43,105 bases of DNA, taken from the IMG/VR virus record IMGVR_UViG_3300023184_000234, positions 1 through 43,105 of that record, one strand, 5' to 3'. Made by a program: the position numbers and the translations under genes. The notes under the pieces are model-generated. The model saw nothing but the letters and a program-made list of their open reading frames with translations, had not been told where the DNA came from and did not search any database. Each line of letters opens with the position of its first letter. Positions within the stretch are counted from its first letter, which is position 1. This document shows positions 16,634 to 25,214 of the stretch, one piece after another. Source of the stretch: a virus (taxonomy: Duplodnaviria; Caudoviricetes).

Positions 16634-19510
16634 ATGACCGATTCCAGACTTTTAATCGAAACATTTTATTTTAAACAACTTCTCAACGAAGAAGTTGCGT
16701 TTTTCAATGAATATGAACCACTTTTAGGCGACAGAACCCAAGAGTTTTTTGAACATTATCGTAACGGATTGAATGCACAGAAAGAATTGATTCTTGCATT
16801 GGAATGTGTGGAAATTAGTGAAAAGATCCTTCAAGAGAAGTTTGGTGATCAATTTGCAGCTAAAGCAGCAGGTTTAGGTGCAAAAGCTAGAGCTGGTATT
16901 AACAAATTAGCAACAGGTGGTAAGTTGGGTGGTACATTAGGTAATTGGGTACAAAACAAGTTTGGTGTAAAAGGTTCTACAACTGATGCAGGAAATGAAG
17001 CCTACCTTAAAGCTAGAAATCAAAACTTTATAAGAAGTGTTGGTGATTATTTGGGTCAACTCAAAACCTTGGATAAAACTATACCAGATAAGGTGGGTCT
17101 TGTTCCAGTTAAAATGAGTGGATGGGCAGGGGGAATTTGGCAGAAGGGTAAACAACTTGCAAGTGGTGCAGCGGATGTAGCATTTGCAGGAACACTGTTC
17201 ACTCCAGCAATGTTGACTGGAACCGCTTTTGCTGGTGTAGGTGGTGCTGAGAAATTGTTGCGCAAGTTGAATGAATTATTTGACGCACAATGGGCCAAAC
17301 TTCAAAACTTACAACCAGTACAAGACTTTGATCGTTTGTTTGAAGTAAAGAAAAAAATCATTCGTGATAGATTATCAAAAATTGATTCATCTGGTAAAGA
17401 AACTTCAACTATTATTAATACCATTGATGTATTAGGAAAATTTGGACGTGAAAATCCAGTCAAATCTGGTATTATTATTGGATTGTTGACGTTTGTTGGT
17501 GGAATTAGTGCTGCTACATTGGGTTTGGGTGCATTGACCATCACACAATTTCCGCTGTTGGTAGGTGCAATTGCATTTTTCTTGCACTCTGGTTTTGAAC
17601 TGTTAACAGGTGCTAGTGCATCATCAGCAGTTGGAAGTGGTGTTAAAGCCGGTATCGGTACTACTGCAGGTTCTGCTGTGGGAGGCGTTGCAGGTGCTGC
17701 TTTATCTGAAAACAATTCGTTAAAATTAACAGATATTGTTAATAATATTTTATCTGAAGCAGATGAAACACCTGCTACTTCTGGTGCTGGTCCATTATCC
17801 CAGGCAGGCAGTCAGGGTCCGAAAACTAATTCACGTGAGATTAATGTTACTCCAGATGGTCCGCAACGTGCACAAACAGTGCAAAGTAACGCATTACCTT
17901 CGCCCACTGATCAAGGTGGCGATCCCGCAAAACCAGCTTCATCTGAGTTAACTGCAAATCAACTAAAATCCATAGAAAATCTTAAGTTTAATATTGGAAA
18001 AGAAATTTCAACTTATCTCAAAGATATTGCAAAAACCTTTAAAGTAAAAGGTTCTTCAACTTCACAGTTGATAGATAATTTGAAAAAGATTCCACAAGCA
18101 AAGTCCGCTATTGATATACTCGAAAGTTTGATGGCGGAGTTTCCAAAGTATAAGTTAGACTTTCCTAAAGATGTAGTTGTAGATGATAAAGAAGCTGCAA
18201 CTCCACCAACTCCAGCAACACCAGATGGTGGTTCAACAACTCCGGGTGGAACCACTCCCGGTGGAACCACTCCAGGCGGAACCACTCCAGGCGGAACCAC
18301 TCCAGGCGGAACCACTCCAGGCGGAACCACTCCAGGCGGAACCACTCCCGGTGCAACCACTCCCGGTGGAACCACTCCCGGTGGAACCACTCCCGGTGGA
18401 ACCACTCCCGGTGGAACCACTCCCGGTGGAACCACTCCAGGCGGAACCACTCCCGGTGGAACCACTCCCGGTGGAACCACTCCAGTCGTCGGTAGTAAAA
18501 CATCGTTGACTCCTAATGATTTGAGAATGGTCAAAGCATTTTTAAGTAAAGTGTATGATTTAAGTTTAAGTGTAAAAGCAGTGGATTTAAATGCTCCTAC
18601 AAAATCAAAAATGCGTCCTGTCATAAGTAATATTTTAGACATTCTTGATATTGCAACTGGCAAAATAAATCCAAGTATTAAAATCAATAAGAAACTTGAT
18701 TCTGCTTTTCAAGGAATTGATATTACCGGTCAATCAATTGCAACACCGTCACCAACACCTACTACACCTGTTACTGAAGCTGAGGGTGAATCAGTGATGG
18801 CGTTGAATCCAGAAGTTAAGAAACAATTTGCTGTGATTAAATCTAATCCATTAATCTCGGGCGATGTAGTTTCTCGTATTTCTAATTTGATGAGAATGAA
18901 CATTGGAGATACTAAAAATATCAAATATACAATTGCACTTGTAAGTACTATTAAAGATGCGATTGGTGGTGCTGCTACTAAGGTTGCAATTCAAAAACAG
19001 CTTGGTGGTAATATTGGTCAATTGAGAAAGACAATGTTGGAAGAAGATATTAATTCAGGTGACATTGTTACAATTATGAAAGAAATTAAGGCACTAATGC
19101 CTGCTTTAATTTCTTTGACATTTGGTTTACGTCAAGCAACAAGTTCCAAGAACAAAACAAATAAAGAAGGTGTGGTGTTAAAAGCAAAAATCGGATCTGT
19201 CGTTTATGTTTTCAAATATACCAATGGCAAGTGGTTTGTGAGAGGTAAAGATAAACAATTCACTGAACCGGTGGTTTATGAAAAACGTATTAACCAACTA
19301 AATGATTTGGCCGCCACCGGCAAAAACGACGCTGATCAAGTGAAGAAAGATGATGAACAAGCTAATAAAGCTGATGCGGGAAATGTTAAATCATCAGACA
19401 CCGATGTTAAATCAACTGAAAAACCAGATAGTGAAAAAGATACGTCTAAAGTGGACGATAAATCTAAAATCAAAGAAACTTTCAAATCAGAATATAAGAA
19501 CTACTTTTGA
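16634..19510 (+). CDS. large putative internal virion protein with hydrophobic hairpin, glycine zipper and TTPGG repeats
   Basis: 958 aa. Hydrophobic stretch GIIIGLLTFVGGISAATLGLGALTITQFPLLVGAIAFFLH, then GxxxG-rich helix. Several LxE sites. TATTTATA 16604-16611 and TATTTATT 16622-16629 upstream. Confidence 0.7.
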   Translation: MTDSRLLIETFYFKQLLNEEVAFFNEYEPLLGDRTQEFFEHYRNGLNAQKELILALECVEISEKILQEKFGDQFAAKAAGLGAKARAGINKLATGGKLGGTLGNWVQNKFGVKGSTTDAGNEAYLKARNQNFIRSVGDYLGQLKTLDKTIPDKVGLVPVKMSGWAGGIWQKGKQLASGAADVAFAGTLFTPAMLTGTAFAGVGGAEKLLRKLNELFDAQWAKLQNLQPVQDFDRLFEVKKKIIRDRLSKIDSSGKETSTIINTIDVLGKFGRENPVKSGIIIGLLTFVGGISAATLGLGALTITQFPLLVGAIAFFLHSGFELLTGASASSAVGSGVKAGIGTTAGSAVGGVAGAALSENNSLKLTDIVNNILSEADETPATSGAGPLSQAGSQGPKTNSREINVTPDGPQRAQTVQSNALPSPTDQGGDPAKPASSELTANQLKSIENLKFNIGKEISTYLKDIAKTFKVKGSSTSQLIDNLKKIPQAKSAIDILESLMAEFPKYKLDFPKDVVVDDKEAATPPTPATPDGGSTTPGGTTPGGTTPGGTTPGGTTPGGTTPGGTTPGGTTPGATTPGGTTPGGTTPGGTTPGGTTPGGTTPGGTTPGGTTPGGTTPVVGSKTSLTPNDLRMVKAFLSKVYDLSLSVKAVDLNAPTKSKMRPVISNILDILDIATGKINPSIKINKKLDSAFQGIDITGQSIATPSPTPTTPVTEAEGESVMALNPEVKKQFAVIKSNPLISGDVVSRISNLMRMNIGDTKNIKYTIALVSTIKDAIGGAATKVAIQKQLGGNIGQLRKTMLEEDINSGDIVTIMKEIKALMPALISLTFGLRQATSSKNKTNKEGVVLKAKIGSVVYVFKYTNGKWFVRGKDKQFTEPVVYEKRINQLNDLAATGKNDADQVKKDDEQANKADAGNVKSSDTDVKSTEKPDSEKDTSKVDDKSKIKETFKSEYKNYF
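18236..18484 (+). repeat. 15-bp tandem repeat, 16 full units plus a partial, encoding (TTPGG)n
   Basis: Unit ACCACTCC(C/A)GG(T/C)GGA, with one variant encoding TTPGA at 18341-18355. Confidence 0.95.
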
Positions 19511-19530
19511 TAGATAATCAAAATAACAAA

Positions 19531-19562
19531 AAACCCACTCTTTCGAGTGGGTTTATTTTTTT
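19531..19562. terminator. bidirectional intrinsic terminator between convergent genes
   Basis: AAACCCACTC-TTTC-GAGTGGGTTT stem, A run on the left and T run on the right, between stop 19510 (+) and stop 19572 (-). Confidence 0.88.
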
Positions 19563-19571
19563 ATATATGAA

Positions 19572-20525
19572 TCATTCCATGTGGAAATAACGTTCCAACA
19601 TCATACCACATTCTTGATATAAACTTTGCAAATGTCTCATTTTTTCTTCACATTCGGTGGATTTCTTTTTGAACTCGGTGGTCATTTTCTTAATTTCGTT
19701 GGTATGTTTACGAATAGTGGTTTCGTCAAACCAAGCGTTGTCATCTTTGTTTTCTTCATGAAGTTTTTCAACCAAATATGCTTCAGATAATTCACCGATA
19801 TTACCCATCTTGTTGGCGACTTCCATCAATTTCTTACGTGCTTCCAATACTTCGTTGTATTTGTTATATTCAAATACAAGTTCTTGAAGCATCTTTTTTT
19901 GTTCTTTGGATAGACCTCGTTGAACTACAGGAGCATTCACACCATTTGGTTCTGGATGTGTTGTTTCAGCTACAGAATGTTTACTAACAGCTGTAATATC
20001 TGATTGAGGCGGTGACATTTTAGACACCGGAAGGTTTTCTACAATAGATTTAAGTTTCATACGTTTATATAAATAGAGATTTTCTGTCAATTCGTGTGTT
20101 AATGTATCAAAATAATCTAATATGCCTGGATTTTTATCTGTGCCCATCAATTTGGAATATACTTTTTCTAGTCTATATGAACTATCTGGTTCTGTTAGAC
20201 TTTTCTTTTCAAGAACCCATTTGTGATCGTTGGTTCTTGATATTCTACGAGAATAGTTTTTTGGATCTATACCATCATTTGGAATCATGTCTTCTTCCAT
20301 ATAATAACCATCATCTCCAGAACTTTCACCTGAAAATCCCATACTTGCAAACATTTCAATGTCGCCCGGTTTCCAATCTATAAGAGGTACCAAATTGGTA
20401 TTTGATTTTTCCGTTTTGTTAGGATTCAACATATGACTAGCAGTTTTTGTTTTGCTAATCAAATGTGGATGTTTTCCTTCTTTGTTAGGATTGTGTGTTT
20501 GTACTATTCCACTAATTTTATCCAT
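19572..20525 (-). CDS. hypothetical protein (317 aa), probably with a second in-frame start at 20060
   Basis: Open frame on the - strand. C-terminal coiled coil ending LERYFHME. Internal MKLKSIVE start preceded by its own TATTTATA. Confidence 0.7.
   Translation of the reverse strand: MDKISGIVQTHNPNKEGKHPHLISKTKTASHMLNPNKTEKSNTNLVPLIDWKPGDIEMFASMGFSGESSGDDGYYMEEDMIPNDGIDPKNYSRRISRTNDHKWVLEKKSLTEPDSSYRLEKVYSKLMGTDKNPGILDYFDTLTHELTENLYLYKRMKLKSIVENLPVSKMSPPQSDITAVSKHSVAETTHPEPNGVNAPVVQRGLSKEQKKMLQELVFEYNKYNEVLEARKKLMEVANKMGNIGELSEAYLVEKLHEENKDDNAWFDETTIRKHTNEIKKMTTEFKKKSTECEEKMRHLQSLYQECGMMLERYFHME
20068..20075 (-). promoter_or_regulatory. TATTTATA motif inside an ORF, upstream of an internal ATG
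   Basis: + strand TATAAATA at 20068-20075 reads TATTTATA on the - strand, 7 nt upstream of the in-frame ATG at 20060-20058. Confidence 0.55.
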
Positions 20526-20526
20526 A

Positions 20527-21051
20527 TTAAAGTCCTATATTCTCACTGTTATTTATTTTTTGAAGAAAATCTGATAGCAAAGTTGGATCACCGTTGATGT
20601 CTTCAAAACTGTCAGATGTAATAATTGTTACCTTGATTGGTTCTGGCTTTTTTGGTTCTTTTGTATTTTTGTCTTCAAACGATTGACTTGGTTCAATCAA
20701 TGTAAAACTCTTATAAGCCAATAAGTTTCCAACTTTAATTTTTTTAATTATAGTGGTTTTGTTGATTTTTTCTATTTTACCACCGTTCAAAATATCTTCG
20801 GTGCTTTTATAACGAATGTCAAATTGTGTACGGGAAAAAGGGGTACGAACATTTGGTATTGTAGATGCTAACCGTTCATCATTAGTAAACGATACTCCCA
20901 TATTTTGTTTCAAATATGATTCAAATGTATTTGGCGGATTTAATGTTATTTCTTTTTTGTCAACAACAGTTTCACGTTCCGCTTCATTTAATACTTCATT
21001 AATTAACCGTGTTATCAGTGTTTTAAGCTGAGTTTTAGAGTGTTTCGACAT
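20527..21051 (-). CDS. hypothetical protein with LxxLIxxLINEVLNE leader
   Basis: MSKHSKTQLKTLITRLINEVLNE. Minus-strand TATTTATA at 21066-21073. Confidence 0.72.
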   Translation of the reverse strand: MSKHSKTQLKTLITRLINEVLNEAERETVVDKKEITLNPPNTFESYLKQNMGVSFTNDERLASTIPNVRTPFSRTQFDIRYKSTEDILNGGKIEKINKTTIIKKIKVGNLLAYKSFTLIEPSQSFEDKNTKEPKKPEPIKVTIITSDSFEDINGDPTLLSDFLQKINNSENIGL

Positions 21052-21065
21052 AAGTTACAATGCTA

Positions 21066-21135
21066 TATAAATAGACGTTAATACCATACAAACATGAAGA
21101 TTTTTATATGTTTTGAAAATATATATATATTTATA
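21066..21135. promoter_or_regulatory. divergent pair of TATTTATA motifs
   Basis: TATTTATA on - at 21066-21073 points at gene 21051. TATTTATA on + at 21128-21135 points at the scaffold gene. Confidence 0.65.
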
Positions 21136-21142
21136 TTCAAAT

Positions 21143-21206
21143 GCAGCAATGTCTTTGCCGCCACATTAATAAAAAATTCGATTGAAGTTCCATATCAATA
21201 ACTTCA
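21143..21206 (+). promoter_or_regulatory. structured 5' leader of the scaffold-capsid operon (two hairpins)
   Basis: GCAGCAA/TTGCCGC (21143-21161, one mismatch) and TGAAGTT/AACTTCA (21183-21206) lie between the late motif and the AGGA ribosome-binding site. Confidence 0.4.
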
Positions 21207-21227
21207 GAAATACAAGGAAATTATAAT

Positions 21228-22295
21228 ATGTCCGATCTATTAAAAGAAGCGCTTGCTGACGCTAAAGCCGTTCGTGCTACTGCTCTTGCAAATGCAAAAG
21301 TAGCACTTGAAGAGGCATTTGGTGAACGTGTTCAAGCATTGTTCGCTGAAAGACTCAAAGAAGAATCAGCCGACGAATCAGTTGCATCCGGTATTGGTGA
21401 TGCTTCAACGGCTCCATCACATCAACCTGTGACCAAAAAGGGTTCACAAGTATTTGATGCACATCTTGAAGAAGATGGTGCACTTGACGATGCAGTTGTT
21501 TCTGACGCAGAACTAGAAGAAATTATTGCAGAACTTGAAAATGACGCAATGGAAGAAGAAGGTGAACCTGCTCCAGCAGATCCAAATGCTGTTGCTCCAG
21601 CTGCACCAACAGATCCAACAATGGCACCAGCACCACAAATGTCAGACACTCCAGCTGCTCCAGCTCCCGTTTCTGATACTCCAGCAGCACCTGCTGCTCC
21701 AGTAGATCCAAATGCTCCAGCACCTGCTGCTCCAGCACCTGCTGCTCCAGCAGATCCAAATGCTCCAGCACCAACCGCAGAAGAAGAAATTTCTCTTGAA
21801 GAACTTCTTGCTGAGTTGGAAAGCGATGACTCATCAGAACCTTCAACAGAAGGTGGTTCACCTGAAAATGGTAATCCTGATGAATCTGCTTGGGAAGAAC
21901 AAATTGCTGAAGTCACCGCACAACGTGACGAAGCAATGAAGACCGTTGAAATTTTACGCAGCCAAATCAATGAAGTTAATCTATTGAATGCTAAATTGCT
22001 TTATACCAATAAGCTCTTTAAGCAATTTAGTTTGAATAACCAACAAAAGATGAAGGTTGTTGAAAACTTTGATCTCACTACGAGTGTACGTGAGGTTAAA
22101 TTAACATATGCTATTATGGCCGAATCGTTTAATTTGGGTGGATCAGTTGTTAAAAAGAAAAATACAACTGCAACTACTATCACCGAAGGTTTGGCAAGTA
22201 AGGCGGTTGCAAGTACAAAACCATCTCAACCAATTGTTGAGAACGGTAACCAAATGGCAGAGAGATTTAAGACACTCGCTGGCATTAAAAAGTAA
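21228..22295 (+). CDS. prohead core scaffolding protein (T4 gp22 analogue)
   Basis: Acidic, Pro/Ala-rich, many LxE sites. LLKEALADAKAVRATALANAKVALEEAF start, INEVNLLNAKLLYTNKLF coiled coil, RFKTLAGIKK end. Immediately upstream of the major capsid gene. Confidence 0.85.
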   Translation: MSDLLKEALADAKAVRATALANAKVALEEAFGERVQALFAERLKEESADESVASGIGDASTAPSHQPVTKKGSQVFDAHLEEDGALDDAVVSDAELEEIIAELENDAMEEEGEPAPADPNAVAPAAPTDPTMAPAPQMSDTPAAPAPVSDTPAAPAAPVDPNAPAPAAPAPAAPADPNAPAPTAEEEISLEELLAELESDDSSEPSTEGGSPENGNPDESAWEEQIAEVTAQRDEAMKTVEILRSQINEVNLLNAKLLYTNKLFKQFSLNNQQKMKVVENFDLTTSVREVKLTYAIMAESFNLGGSVVKKKNTTATTITEGLASKAVASTKPSQPIVENGNQMAERFKTLAGIKK

Positions 22296-22335
22296 TAACG
22301 TCCGATAACAAATTAAACAAATAGGAAAATATAAT

Positions 22336-23961
22336 ATGAGCGCAGATGTAAAGTCACTATTGACTACAAATATGAATCCACAAGCCGAATTGATGGCTAA
22401 AACCCGTGGACTACAATCAAAATGGGATCAAACAGGTTTGCTCGAAGGCCTAAAGGGCGTCGAAAAGGCAAATATGTCAATCCTTCTCGAAAACCAAGCA
22501 AAACAATTGCTTGACGAAGCTACTGCTACCGGTACTTCTTCAAACAGTGAACAATGGGCTGGCGTTGCTCTCCCACTCGTTCGCCGTGTATTCGCTGAAA
22601 TCGCTGCTAAAGAGTTCGTTAGCGTTCAACCAATGAACCTACCATCCGGTCTTATCTTCTATTTAGACTTCAAGTATGGTACCAATAATGGTCAGTTCAC
22701 CAAGGATACCGCAAACAACTACAGTTCACTATTCGGCGGTACCGGCACCAAGCTCGGTTCTACCGACAGTGCAACCGGCGGTCTCTACGGTGCAGGTCGT
22801 TTCGGTTACTCAATTAACGATCAATCAATCAACCACATCACCGCTACCCGCGCTGCTGTGTCAAGTTTGAATGGCGTTAACTTTGATGCAAACTACAGTG
22901 CTTCAGTTGCAGCTGGCGAAGTTTTCACTTTGACCACAACCAACTTGTACAGTGCTTCAAGTGCTGCAGGTAACGTGTTCGACGCTAACGGCGTTCGTTC
23001 ATTCACCATCGCAGCTGGTAGTATCGTTACCTACTTCCCATCATTGACTTCAATCAATGGTTCAGAAGTAACATTCGTCGTTTCTGGTTCAAACCCTGCT
23101 TCCGCAAGTTTGACCGTTAACTACAGTGTTCAACCTAAGGATAGTAACCGTGGTGACTTCGAAGACAAGACCACAACCGATAGCTTAAGCTCAATCGGTA
23201 TTCCTGAAGTTAACTTGGAACTTAAGAGTGAACCAATCGTTGCTAAGACTCGTAAGTTGAAGGCAGTCTGGACCCCAGAACTTGCTCAAGACTTGAATGC
23301 TTATCACAGCATCGACGCAGAAGCAGAATTGACTGCTCTCTTGAGTGAATACGTCTCAATGGAAATCGACCTCGAAATCCTTGACATGTTGATCACCAAC
23401 GTTCCAAGCGTGACCACATCACGTTGGAGCGCAAAGATTAACCGTGAAATCAGCGACAGTGGTATCATCACTGATACAACTACTGCTGGTACAGGCGGTT
23501 ACTACACCAAGTCAACTTGGTTCCAAACTCTTGGTAACAAGATCCAAAAGGTCTCTAACAAGATTCACCAATTGACCCTACGTGGTGGTGCTAACTTCCT
23601 CGTCTGCTCACCAGACGTTGCAACAATCTTGGAATCAATCCCAGGCTTCGTTGTCAACACCGATGGTGACAGCGCCAAGTTCGCAATGGGTGTAAGCAAG
23701 GTTGGTAACTTCGCAAGTCGTTTCCAAGTCTACAAGAACCCATACATGGTTGAAAACACCATCTTGGTTGGTTTCCGTGGAAATAACTTCCTCGAAACCG
23801 GTGCTGTGTATGCTCCATACATCCCACTCGTACAAACCCCATTGGTGTATGATCCAGTGAACTTCACCCCACGCCGTGGTGTGATGACTCGCTACGCCAA
23901 GAAGATAGTGCGCCCAGAGTTTTATGGGAAGATCTTGGTCGGTGATCTTGATCAAGTCTAA
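22336..23961 (+). CDS. major capsid protein (T4 gp23-like)
   Basis: KWDQTGLLEG, LLENQ, LPLVRR, VSVQPMNLPSGLIFYL, AKTRKLKAVWTPELAQDLNAYH, YAPYIPL, FTPRRGVMTRYA. Codon usage strongly C-ending, as expected of a highly expressed gene. Confidence 0.97.
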   Translation: MSADVKSLLTTNMNPQAELMAKTRGLQSKWDQTGLLEGLKGVEKANMSILLENQAKQLLDEATATGTSSNSEQWAGVALPLVRRVFAEIAAKEFVSVQPMNLPSGLIFYLDFKYGTNNGQFTKDTANNYSSLFGGTGTKLGSTDSATGGLYGAGRFGYSINDQSINHITATRAAVSSLNGVNFDANYSASVAAGEVFTLTTTNLYSASSAAGNVFDANGVRSFTIAAGSIVTYFPSLTSINGSEVTFVVSGSNPASASLTVNYSVQPKDSNRGDFEDKTTTDSLSSIGIPEVNLELKSEPIVAKTRKLKAVWTPELAQDLNAYHSIDAEAELTALLSEYVSMEIDLEILDMLITNVPSVTTSRWSAKINREISDSGIITDTTTAGTGGYYTKSTWFQTLGNKIQKVSNKIHQLTLRGGANFLVCSPDVATILESIPGFVVNTDGDSAKFAMGVSKVGNFASRFQVYKNPYMVENTILVGFRGNNFLETGAVYAPYIPLVQTPLVYDPVNFTPRRGVMTRYAKKIVRPEFYGKILVGDLDQV

Positions 23962-23985
23962 TCTGTAAGTAAATTAAAATAACAC

Positions 23986-24017
23986 GAAAACCCCAATGAA
24001 AATTGGGGTTTTCTTTT
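23986..24017 (+). terminator. intrinsic terminator after the major capsid gene
   Basis: GAAAACCCCAAT-GAAA-ATTGGGGTTTTC 12-bp stem, GNRA loop, then TTTT. Confidence 0.9.
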
Positions 24018-24070
24018 GCACTAAATTATTTTTTGTATTTTACCGTAGAACCGTTGTATGTATATACGAT

Positions 24071-24814
24071 ATGAATAAAACTGGTATATACAAAATTACA
24101 AATAAACGCAACGGAAAGTTCTATATTGGAAGTTCAAAACAAATTGAACGTAGATGGTGGGAACATCAAAATGACTTGAATAAGAATAAACACGGCAACC
24201 ATAAACTTCAAACCGCGTGGAATCATTACGGATCGAACGAATTTGAGTTTACGATTATTGAAGATGTTGAAGAATCACAATTGTTGATTCGTGAACAGTT
24301 TTATTTGGATATGTTTAAACCACATTTGATTGGATATAACATTTCAGATAAGGTGAGTGGTGGTGACAATTTTACGAACAATCCAAATAAAGAAGATATT
24401 CGTAAACGTTTATCCGAAATGAACATTGAGTACAAAAATCCTATGTTTGGAAAAACACATTCATCTGAATCAATTGAAAAACAAAAAAATGCAGCTGTTG
24501 GTCGATATACATTGGAATGGTTTAAAAACAAATATGGTGAAGAAGGAGGATTGACAATGTACAATCAAAGAAATGAGTTTTTAAAACAGAGAGATATAAA
24601 TTATGTGTATGACAACGGTCTTAAAGGAACAAAAAAAGGACCAATGTCTCAGGATGTAAGAAATAAAATAAGTGATGCAAAGAAACAGTTTAAGTTGAAT
24701 AAACCTCAATTTATTTTAGATTTGAAATCTGGTCAATTTACAAACAAACAATTGTCTGAAAAATATAATGTGTCTGAAGTCACAGTGAAATATTACAAAC
24801 GTAAATTAATTTAA
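24071..24814 (+). CDS. GIY-YIG homing endonuclease (Seg-like) with NUMOD3-type motif
   Basis: TGIYKITNKRNGKFYIGSS...RW..H...REQFYLD...GYN catalytic domain, NPMFGKTHSSESIEKQK, C-terminal HTH-like end. Start moved to ATG 24071 because 23996 lies inside the terminator. TATGTATA at 24057-24064. Confidence 0.9.
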   Translation: MNKTGIYKITNKRNGKFYIGSSKQIERRWWEHQNDLNKNKHGNHKLQTAWNHYGSNEFEFTIIEDVEESQLLIREQFYLDMFKPHLIGYNISDKVSGGDNFTNNPNKEDIRKRLSEMNIEYKNPMFGKTHSSESIEKQKNAAVGRYTLEWFKNKYGEEGGLTMYNQRNEFLKQRDINYVYDNGLKGTKKGPMSQDVRNKISDAKKQFKLNKPQFILDLKSGQFTNKQLSEKYNVSEVTVKYYKRKLI

Positions 24815-24825
24815 TATTTAATACT

Positions 24826-25203
24826 ATGGACTATAAGTCATTTTTTGAATATTTGTGGGAAGGTCGTCATGGTAGATTTTGGAGTGCGTATTGGATGGAC
24901 AGTCGTGGTATGTTTCACGAAGTATACCGTGACGAAGACGGTAGAGCTGGCCATTTTAGATTTGCGAGAGAGTATTGTGATACGCACAATATAGATTACA
25001 GTCGAACTGGTCCAATAGAAGAATTATTTAAACGTGGCTGGGTAAGAGTGACGTTTAATTATGGTGCAGATAACGAATTACATTTTGATTATTCACATCG
25101 TATACCAAGTGATACGCAAATAAGATCGTTAAAGGTTAAGGCATCGGAATTGGGTGCGTTATCAATTTTTGATGATAAACAAAACAAAGAAGTGGAATTT
25201 TAA
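24826..25203 (+). CDS. hypothetical protein with leader resembling a capsid-targeting sequence
   Basis: MDYKSFFEYLWE start, then YWMDSRGMFHEV...H...LFKRGWVRV. Confidence 0.7.
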   Translation: MDYKSFFEYLWEGRHGRFWSAYWMDSRGMFHEVYRDEDGRAGHFRFAREYCDTHNIDYSRTGPIEELFKRGWVRVTFNYGADNELHFDYSHRIPSDTQIRSLKVKASELGALSIFDDKQNKEVEF

Positions 25204-25214
25204 TACTTATACTT

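Noticed and set aside
18236-18484. Possible CRISPR array in the tandem repeats
   Set aside because: Units are contiguous with no unique spacers, are in-frame coding, and no cas genes are present. The same applies to the GTS repeats.
18013-18687. Alternative-frame ORFs over the 15-bp repeat (VVPPG, EWFHR, EPLPV)
   Set aside because: Artefacts of a repeat lacking stops, fully inside the 958-aa gene.
21422-21970. Antisense ORFs over the Pro/Ala-rich scaffold region
   Set aside because: Low-complexity shadow of the scaffold gene.
23996-24070. ORF-track 5' extensions at 23996, 5220, 27864, 34281 and 34995
   Set aside because: They run through a terminator, hairpin, upstream gene or promoter motif. 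Downstream ATGs (24071, 5238, 27888, 34287, 35016) fit the domain starts and paralogue alignments better.
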